64,000 nt of DNA, taken from the NCBI GenBank assembly GCA_024679065.1, contig JAGIQG010000006.1, forward strand, positions 90,396,001-90,460,000, given 5' to 3'. The stretch comes from Sphyrna mokarran. Lineage: Eukaryota. The position numbers were made by a program, and so were the translations under genes. A model generated the notes under the pieces. The model saw nothing but the letters and a program-made list of their open reading frames with translations. It ran no database searches and had not been told where the DNA came from. This document shows, in pieces, positions 1-9,939 of the stretch (positions within the stretch are counted from its first letter, which is position 1; every line of letters starts with the position of its first letter).

Positions 1-210
1 TTACCCCAGTAATTCCTCTAAGCTACATATCCTGTGACACTAAGGGGCAATTTAGCACATCCAATCCACCTAATCTGCATATCTTTGAAGAAAACTGGAG
101 CACCTGAAGGAAACCCATGCAAACAGAAGGAGAATGTACAAAGTCCACCCAAGCCACGAATTGAACCCAGGTCCCTGGAGATGTGAGACAATAATGCTAA
201 TCATTGTCTT
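1..210 (-). mobile_element. HE1/V-SINE-type SINE, partial (runs off the window start)
   Basis: Reverse complement of the shark SINE body (gacactaaggggcaatttagc, ccaatccacctaa, gaattgaacccaggtccctgg); matches the copy at 38488-38811. Confidence 0.9.
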
Positions 211-269
211 GTCCAATGGAGGAAATCAGAATCATATATCATAGAGTCCTTGAAGAATGACATCATTTA

Positions 270-485
270 GCCGATCAAATGTGCATTAGCTCTCTGAAAG
301 AACATATGATCCAGGCTCCCCCCTCCACCCTATCCTTATAACTCTGTGCATTTATTATGGCCAATCCATCTAACCTGCACATCTTTGGACTTTGGGAGGA
401 AACTGCATAGTCACCCAAGACTGGAATTAAACCCAGATCTTTGGTGCTGTGAGGCAACGATACTAATCATTGTGCCACCATGTCG
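270..485 (-). mobile_element. HE1/V-SINE-type SINE, internally deleted
   Basis: ggccaatccatctaacctgcacatctttggact ... tgctgtgaggcaacgatactaatcattgtgccacca (head, reverse complement). Confidence 0.88.
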
Positions 486-489
486 TTCC

Positions 490-1015
490 ATAGAATGGTT
501 TCAGCATGGAAAGAAATTCTTCAGCCCATCAACTCCATGGCAGCTCGCTGCAAGGGCAACTTAGCTAGTCCTTTCTCCCACCATTCCTCTGGTCCTGCAA
601 ATACTTGTCCTATTCAGGTGCTAATCCAATTAGAGAATTTGGACTCTGAAAGCCATATTTTGATCTCTCTACACCACACTCTGGAGTAGTGAACTAGAGA
701 TCCTAATCTTTTACTGCATTCAAAAAAAAATTCTGTTATATCAATTTTGTTCTTCTAAAATTGATGTCTTCTGGTTCTCAATCCTTTCCACTCTCAATCC
801 TTCAGCCAATAGCAGACTTCTCTTTATCTATTTTGTCTAAACACTTTCCAATTTTGAACGCCACTATCTAATCTCTTCTCCACCTTCTCCTCTACAAGAA
901 CAACTTCAGCTTCACTTATCTACCCACATAACTGAAATTGCTATTCCCTGAAATATTCTGGTAATTTTTTTTCTAAAACCATCACAACCTTTCTGAAAAG
1001 TGGGGCCCAGAATGT
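490..1015 (-). mobile_element. Old, decayed CR1 LINE 3' fragment
   Basis: Resembles the reverse complement of the CR1 RT C-terminus (cttctggttctc, ggggcccagaatg); heavily diverged. Confidence 0.55.
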
Positions 1016-2094
1016 AGCAAGATGAGTAAGTTTAGTGAGAGGGTATGGGATTTAGTGACATGAGGAACCATGGGGACCAAGGAATATTTAGACAGACCTT
1101 TCTCTCAGAGGATTGCATTGTTCCATAATACAACAGACTCAACATGGTCTATGGAATGTACTGCAGTGATTAGTTACAATTTGATCATGAAAAGGCTGAA
1201 AATGATGATGCGAGCCCAAAGCACTGAATGCCTTCAGTGATGGGCATCATAATAATATTGTGACTTATTTAACGTGGACCTTTATAAATAGCCCGCTGAT
1301 CTTCTTTGCATAACACAGGAACCTTGATGACAAAATTCTGCATGGACATTAAACATTGATATTGTAGAGTAATGACCATAGAAACTACACAATGAACATT
1401 CCATACATGTTAAGGGAAGTCAGGCAAAGTTAAGGACTTATGAATCAGTGACATTTTGGAGTCTCATTTCTTCCTAAACTACAAATAGATGCTGAAAAAT
1501 TGGAATGATTCTGAGGATAGACTTTAATTAGGAACAATATATGATAAATTAATGACAAGGACAGTCATTAGTCTTCTTTCTAACGAGTGTCAATAATGTT
1601 AATGCTGGATAATTTCCTTAGTATTTATGGGGACAATATAAAATAAATATAATACTCAGTTCATCATTCATTATAATCAGGCATTTTGAATGTCTAAAGG
1701 TTGGATATGTGCCATTAATTTCTGCAGGGTTCTCCTGATCATCAGCCTAACTAAGATGTTTGCAAACATCTGAGAAGTGGGATAAATGGGAACTCAATTC
1801 TTTGTCTCATCAAAAGATAGATTTTATAAGCATCATAACTGTATCTTATTTATCATTGTATTGCGTTAACACTCAGTCTTTTCCACAGGGGATAAGATCT
1901 TTGTTTCATGTTCCCCTTTCTCCTGAAGGTATTTTTTCTGGTGGTTATAGTTTCCCTAGTGTGACTACACTCTGATACCAAGAATAAATGGCAATTTATC
2001 ATGCATGAACATGAAAACGAATGTCAGTGCATGACCCAACACTTTTTTGAGGGAACAACATTTACAATTGTGACTTAACAATGGGAAGAAAATT

Positions 2095-2720
2095 TAGTTT
2101 TGACTTGATTTTTTTTATTTTTACATGTATTGATGTACAGCGAAAAGTATTTTTTTCCGTGCTTTCCAGATGAAGCATGCCATTCATAGAGTATATAGGG
2201 GAGAAGAAAAAAAGAGGGTGCAGAATGTAGAGTTACAGTAATAACTAGGCTGTAGAGAAAGATCAACTTAATACAAGTTAAGTCCATTCAAATGTCTGAT
2301 GGCAACAGGGAAGAAGCTTTTTTTGAGTCGGTTGGTATGTGACCTCAGACTTTTGTAGCTTTTTCCTGATGGAAGAAGGTGGAAGAGAGTATGTCTATGG
2401 TGCACGAGATCCTTAATTATGCTGGCTGCTTTTCTGAGGCAGCAGGAAGTATAGATGGAATCAATGAATGGGAGGCTGACTTCCATGATGGACTGGGATT
2501 CATTCACAGCCTTTTGTAACTTCTTGCAGCCTTAGTCATAGCAGGAACCATACCAAGCTGTGATACATCCAGAAAGGATGCTTTCTATGGTGCATCTATA
2601 AAAGTCAATGAGAGTCTTAGCGGATATGCCAAACTTCCATAGTCTCCTGAGAAAGTAGAGGCTTCCTTAACTATAGTGTCAGCATGGGGGATTACGACAG
2701 GTTGTTGGTGATCTGCACAC
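2095..2720 (-). mobile_element. Rex1/Babar-clade LINE, 5'-truncated 3' end
   Basis: ORF 2268-2507(-) reads HTLFHLLPSGKSYKSLRSHTNRLKKSFFP, the Rex/Babar RT C-terminal motif; A-rich tail (t-run near 2108-2123 on +). Confidence 0.85.
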
Positions 2721-4194
2721 AAAAAGAATGGTTTGGGATTACGTGTAAATCCTTGGCTAATTTAACTTTTCAAAAGCAAAACAGAGACACTCAGATAAAC
2801 TAAATAACCCCCACTGTCAATCAACCTGATAGAAGTTAACACAATGCAAACAGCTTCCTTTATGATCTGAACGGTTCAGTGGCTGAAGAGAAAATATTCA
2901 CTAAGCCACTGAATATCACCTTGAAAATTATTGTTGAATTTATGCTGCAGAAATAGGTTACAGATATGTTTACCAACAAATGGAAAGAAGTTTTATGATC
3001 TTCTAATTCATTGTTTTAAATAAATTGTGCAGACAAGTTAAAGAAAAAAACATCATTTCTTTATATCTTTTCAGTGATTTTTAGTTCATATTTGTTTTCA
3101 AGTTTGTTTTGAAAGGGATCAATAGAGTACTGAGCTGACAAATTGTCCTATTTTCTCTGGAAGTTGAATTGAAAATCAGACACAACTTCCATCTTTTAAA
3201 ACATATTGGCACTGCCTCTGTGAAAATGCACAGCAATAGAATATAGTTATAGAAAGCAGAGTATGGTTTCAGATCTATTTTGACTTCCCTTACTGGTTAA
3301 CCATCATGGCGATAGACACAGCCACGAATTATACATGACATACTAAACTTTTAAATAAGACATGTTTTTTTAAGGGCATACAAACAAAAATTAGCTGACA
3401 CTGCAAAATAACCACTTACTGCAATTTCTATATGGATTATATTCAGTCCTGAGAGAGATGACAGAATGTTGCACACCCTTTTTCAGATAGAGACATTTCA
3501 AAGGAAGAGATGATTGAACTGTAATATTCTGTGGAAATAATGGAAGCTGACTACCATCTTAGCAGAAACTACCGCTTGTGAGTTATATCTGACACATGTT
3601 TGTGTTTCTCTTCCTCCTGATGTACACAAGAAAAGAGGCCAAAAACCAACTGTGTCTCTAGTCTCTCTGATGTTCTAGCTTGACAATGCTAGTGTGTGTT
3701 GTAAGGTCACAGCTGAAGATGACCTAGGCATCCCTGCTTTTGCAGGTAAGAAGTCTTGTTCTCCTTCTCATTGTTGCAAGTGAGTGAGCCAAGCTACAGT
3801 TGAAAAGGAAATAGGACAAATACTTCCATTAAGCTGCAGAACCAAGAATCTCAAAACCAATAATTCAACTATTCAAAACAATGAACATAATGGCTGCAAC
3901 ATTTCATCATCTGCTCCATAAGGAGATGCCAAAGACTGATCTGTATGGCATTTTTTTAAATTTGCATTTTTTGACTCCCTTCTCATTTCTATGGTATGTG
4001 TGTGGCATTATTATTTTCTTTAGTAAAAATAATGAATTAGTCAATTTTAGTAACTAATAAACTCACTCTTTCTTTAAACTCAGGAAAGCTTGGTTAAATT
4101 GGCTCATTTCAAAGCTTAAATACATTGGACATGGAATAGGTATCCACAAGGGAGGGGATCCTTTTTATATCAACCTTGTTGCACCCAGATGAGG

Positions 4195-4670
4195 GGGTTG
4201 AGGGTTCAAATGAGAAGGAACTTCTTCATCCAGAGAGCGGTGAATCTATGGAATTTGATACTACAGAAGACTTGGAGGCCAGGTCATTGAATGTATTTAA
4301 GACAGAGATAAATAGGTTCTTGCTTGGTTAGGGCATTAAAGGATATGAAAGACATGCTGGTTAGGTGAATTGGCCATGCTAAATTGCCCCTTAATATCTC
4401 AAGATGTCTGAGATAGATGGATTAGCCATGACAAATGCATGGGGTTATGAGGATAGGGTGGGAAGGAGAGTCTGAATGAGAGACTCTGTCACAGAGTTGG
4501 TACAGACTCGATGGGTTGAATGACCTCCTTCTGCACTGTAGAGAATCTATAATTATGGGGAAAAGGTGGGAGAATGTGGTTGAGAAACTTATCAGCCACA
4601 ACTGAAAGGCACAGCAGACTCAATGGGCCATTGGCCTAATTCTGCTCCTACACCTCAAGATCTTGCGGTC
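4195..4670 (+). mobile_element. CR1 LINE 3' end, interrupted by a SINE fragment
   Basis: atgagaaggaacttcttcatccagagagcggtgaatctatggaatt ... tcagccac ... ggcctaattctgctccta. Confidence 0.85.
4355..4553 (+). mobile_element. HE1-type SINE 3' half nested in CR1
   Basis: ggttaggtgaattggccatgctaaattgccccttaa ... cctccttctgcactgtag. Confidence 0.85.
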
Positions 4671-7394
4671 TTATGGGTTGAATAAAGACAGGGAGCAATT
4701 TGTTCCTCCTCACATGGAAGCATAACAATTTGGAGATATCCCATCTGGAATCAAAAGGAATTTGAGAAATTTGCCCCAGTCCTAGTAAAACCATGGATTA
4801 ACATTTGCAGAGACCTTATATTGTCCCAAATGTTGGCTTAGCAAATGTTCAAGACATAACTTGAAATGTTAAAAAAAAGCATTTTTAATTCTGAATGTGA
4901 TTGAAATTTCAATCTTAAACTTAGTTGACATTTGAAGTTAATACAACATTAGTTCAGTACTTGCACTGCTTGTGATATGAATCTAGAGTGCTCCATGTTG
5001 ATCAATTTGAGTAGAGGAAAAACAGCAGAGAAAAAAACCTTGTCAAAACCAGGTCTTCCCCACAGAGGATCCTCTGTCAGTAACCAGAGAGCAATAATAT
5101 AGGACATTAGTCCTGAGTACAAACCAGTTTGCCCTCTTGTAGTCGCTAAAGACAAGAGCAGGAAATCCCATGAAATGGATGAATACAAAATGTTTCTTTC
5201 ACATGCCTATTGCAAGAAGTGCAGCTAAGGGAAGCATCCTTTTATCAGAGGAAGGAAGAAAGTACTTTAACTTCAAATTAACTTTTCTCTAATAGAGAGA
5301 TTTCAATTATCTTAGGCCATAGAGATACAAAGGCAGATAATGATGGAATTACTTTGGTAACTATATGCATTAAGTGCATTACAGGAAACAATAAAAACCC
5401 TATAGTGAGTGTGGTAAATCTAGTTAATATTGATTTTCGTAATGCTAAAAGCACTACTCATAGAATTAAAGCAATACTTTTTTTTGTCATTCTCGGAAGC
5501 ACCACTGCCCATTAACCTTAACATTTCTCATATTTCGAGTCTCTGTAGGATTCTTTGATGCAGCACAGTACAAAGCTAATAGGCTAATGTGTATCTAATC
5601 TGACACCTACTGGGCTAGGATAATGTTTCGGATGAAGCTATATGGATATGGACTGCTTCAGCAAGACGATATATGAAACCAGAGAAAGCGGTCTTTTTTT
5701 TTCTGCAGACATTGCATCTGCCTTCGTCAGCCCGATCCATCTCCACATTGATTAATACCTTTGATTTAGATGAGCTTGCTGGTTGGGCTGATGTTGCCGG
5801 ATCCTAATAAAAATTTAAACCCTGTGTAGCGTCCTCACAATTTTAGCTTTGGACACTTGCTTAAGATGTGCGCAGAATTGATATTCTCAAATTGTTCCTC
5901 TATTATGTTGCTTCCTGGATTGGGAAATGACACTTTTGACTTTGGAATTGCTTTAATAACACCTAGTGAAGGTCATTTTATCTCAACAGAGTGGCGCCAG
6001 AGAATTGAGCATTGTAGATACTGTCTACAGCAAACAAAAGACAGAGCAGGTGCCCTGAAATCGGTGCAATAACAGAAAAGGCAGAGTTCCGAGTGGTTTT
6101 TCAGCAACACTGCAGCAGGAGTACAATTTAGTATCCTACTCCTTTACTCCTTAATAAGCTATAAAAATGGTTTCATTGCCAAATGGCCTAGAAAAAGGGT
6201 GAAAAATTAATCAATCTACTTTGTATTTTCTATGCAGGAAAAACATATTTAAAAAAATACAAACTGAGAAGGGAGGGTAGCACAGCGTTTAATTTACAAT
6301 CCATAAGGACTTGTTGATACGGGAGCATAAAACTTCATCAAATTAGTATACACACAATGTACCTCCTGAACAAAAATTCTGTTGGAATGCATAACAGTGT
6401 TTTCAAAGTAGGTATTATGAGACAGACAACATAAAGAGCAGTTTGATTTAATGAAAGCCTTCTGGCAACTGATAAAAATTAGGCAATGAGATGAATAAAA
6501 CAACAGATGCTGTCACTGAAATCAAACTCGGTCCTCTACTGAACAATTTATTCTTTTTTCTATTTCTCCACGGTTTCTCTATGACCATTCACCTCAGCAG
6601 ATGATTTTCAAAGGAGATCTGGTGTTTTTCTTGGAATGTGTGTGTGCTGGGCTTGTCGCAGGGATTGTTTATGGTGTGCAAGGGTCAACAAAATGGCTGC
6701 CGCCTTTGTGTCATAATTTATGGGCAACCAATTAGAGGACTTGTCAGTGGGAGGGTTTTGAACGGGTCATGTCAGGAGCTGGAGCAACAGCAAAACATGT
6801 GGGCTCTGCAACACTTGCCCTCCAACCCCGCCACCTCACTAAATATTAGAAAACCAGTTCATAGCAGCTACTTGTTCCATTTTCAAATGCCAATAAATTC
6901 ACAAACCTCCCTGTTTGTCAACAATGCACAACAATTGCAACTTCCACTTTCCGCCCTGAAACTCAAACTAACACTATTCTTGTCCGCACTGCCACAGTTC
7001 CTCATGTATCTGTGAATACCACATGGCCTTTCTATGATGTTCTGCAAGATGCAGAGGCGTATTTTGTAGATTTGATTTAAAAATACATAAGCAAAAAGAA
7101 AACATTGCTCCTAGTTAGCAGTGTCTGTGTCAAAGTAGCACAGATGTAAATGGTATTTGAATATCTGCATCACAGTAAAGAATATGTGCAAAGGAGTTTT
7201 TTTCTGCTTACACCTTCATCACATAATTATCCTGAAAAGGTTCATTTTATGTTCTATTCTTCTCACTATTTTCTCCCCAGTTATTTCAGATGAAAAATCT
7301 CCAGAAAATGTTTATAATTTAAATCACAGCTTCTTTACATTTTACAAATGAAAATAGAGGAGAGCAATGGATAATTCCATCCATTCATCACTCA

Positions 7395-7680
7395 AACTCA
7401 AACTATTTATTAATGTCTCAAGTAGGCTTACATTAACAGTGCAAGAAAGTTACTGTGAAAATCCTCTAATTGCCACACTCTGGTACTTGTTCAGATACAC
7501 CAAGAGTGAATTTAACATGGTCAATACATCTAACCAGCACATTTTTTAAACTGTGGGAAGAAACTGGAGCATCCAGAGGAAACCCAGGCAGACATGGGGA
7601 GAATCTGAGGTGGGAATCAAAATGGTATCCCTGGCACTCTGAGGCAGCAGTGCCAACACTGTGCTACAATACTGCCACAA
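7395..7680 (-). mobile_element. tRNA/V-SINE-headed SINE with alternative tail (family B)
   Basis: HE1-like head plus tail tatttattaatgtctcaagtaggcttacattaacagtgc..gttactgtgaaaatcc, shared with copies at 25052, 34580 and 36310. Confidence 0.85.
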
Positions 7681-7832
7681 GACTTAGGAGGTCTTGTGGT
7701 GTAGTGGGTAGCATCTTTGCCTCAAAACTTCAGGTTTGAACTTGTTATATATTTAAGTGATTGCATGATTTCTTGAAGAGTGGATCGCATGATTTGATGG
7801 TGCTGTCATTGGAATGTTTCAAGGACTCCTTA

Positions 7833-9306
7833 GGGCCCCATTTTACCATTTTGATTTTAAGTGCTGAATCTGGGCTCAATTCAGATCTGACTTGGAAATC
7901 TGCTTTCAGATGGCCCATTAGTACTCAAACTGGGAAAAAAAAATCACCGGTCTGAATCGCATTGTGGGCAGGGCTTAGCATACCCAAAACGATTGGAGCT
8001 CTGAACTCCGCATGCACAGTGAGAAAAAAATTTGGAAAAGCGCATCTGTGTTAGATCACTCCTAGGCTACGGACAGCAGAGAAAGCGGCCTGGGAGCAAA
8101 AAGTGGGAGCAATGGTCCTCAAGACATCAGTGCCCCTTATCCACCCAACCCTCTGACCTGGACCAATCGTGACCCCCTTCCCTTTTCCCCCAACTCACTG
8201 ACTGCCCACAGAGTGACAGCGGACCCCTCCTGCAGCACCCGAAGATCCATCTGCCCCAGCTCACCCCCCCAACACCAGTGAGCGATCAGGCCTCCCCCCT
8301 CAACCAGAGATACATCTATCTGCCTCCTTCCTCCTCCTCTACCCCCAGAGAATGATCTGGCCTCACTCCCCCCACTCTCTCCACCCAGACAATGATCTGA
8401 CCTCACTCTCCAGTGTCCCCCTGTCCCTGTGGAACATATGACCTGCCTCCTCCTTCTTCCATAAACCCTCACCAGGGAATGATCTGGCTCACCTCCGTTC
8501 CCCGCCCCCCTAAACCAGACAACGAACACTTCTCCGGTCCCGACCAGACAATGATCGGTCCTCCTTCCACCCTAGAGATACATCTGACCCACCTTATCCT
8601 CCTCCCCTGCCCTCTCCAACAGAGGATGATATGACCCAAAAGGTCATGGGTGGAAGAGGGAACACACACTGTTAAAATGATGACACGTTGCGTCAAAGGG
8701 CCTGCTTCATGAGTTGTGTTGTTCTTTGTTCTTTGACCCACCAGCGATCTGTATCAGCGGCCCATTGGAAGCTCTGAACTCACCTCTTCAGCATTTGGAG
8801 CACCCAATTCAGACTTTTATTAAGAATATTCATTTTGGCATGATTCCGGATAGGCGAACATAGTGGTAAAGGGGGAAATGCTGACAAAGTTGGGCAGGCG
8901 GTTCTTTAATTCAATTTAAGTGCATATAAATGCATTTAAATCACCATTGTGCCCGTTTCAGGTGCGAATCGGATCGCGGCCATTCCTCTCAATGTTATAC
9001 CAGCCTTCATAATGGACTCCTTTGGTGGAACCTGAGCCGTTCTGCGTTGAACAGCCACTTTGAAGAACAATGCTCTTCCAGGACCTTAGATAGTCATCCT
9101 AAAATTTGGTTCCTGGCTTTGCTGGATGAAGTAAGCTCTGGAGTAAATTGAAGATTTTACTTCCTATTGTTCTGAAAAATCCTGGGCATCGGTAAAGCGG
9201 GCATCTGTGTGGATTCAGGCATGGATCGCATTAATGGCCTCACATCTGATTTTAACCACGTTTTCACGCCCAGAAACGGGCATGACGCAATAGTAAAATA
9301 GGGCCC
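7833..9306. mobile_element. Non-autonomous PIF/Harbinger-type DNA transposon (~1.47 kb)
   Basis: TIRs gggccccattttac / gtaaaatagggccc; TTA target-site duplication at 7830-7832 and 9307-9309; paralogous to 31814-32555. Confidence 0.88.
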
Positions 9307-9939
9307 TTAGTTTCACTTTCTACTCTGTTTAATCAACATCTCCTACAATAAATCTGTTGTTGTTATTTTGAATTTGTGTGTAAGCCAAATCTTTTTCTTT
9401 TAGTTTAATGTTCTAACTATGTTAGGGGTTGTTAGAAAAGAAAGTTGGTGACAAATTGGGATTTTGTTTCATCAAGAACAATGAGAAAAGATCTTATGTA
9501 AATTGTGGGTCCTCACAATTGAACATTAAAAGGCTTGGGAAAATCAACAATAAGATTAAAGGTTGAAGTTCCAGTTAAGAAAGACCAAAGAAGGAAAAAA
9601 AGGAAAAAAAATGTATTTCTTACCAGAAAAAAATATCAGGTGCAGGGGATAGGTGTGTGTTGCAGTATGTAGCTATCAAGCGGGAGACTCACAACAGAGT
9701 TGTAAATGGGTGCAAGTGCTCCACGTGGTTTTAGAGGGGATTATTCTTATCAGTCTAGGGTAAGATTCCAGGCAGTATTTCATGGAATTGGAAAGAGAGA
9801 TACTCCAGTGTACAGCTGGAGCCATATTTAAAAATAATACATCCAGGCAATGATCTTCAGGATAAAAGGCCGAGTACTGGAAAGACAGTAAATAAAATAT
9901 ACTGAATAGTTTTGAATCACTAATGCCTGTAAGATAAAT

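Noticed and set aside
3628-3750. Exon-like segment ending in CAG|GTAAG
   Set aside because: Stops in all three frames; a non-coding exon cannot be supported without RNA data
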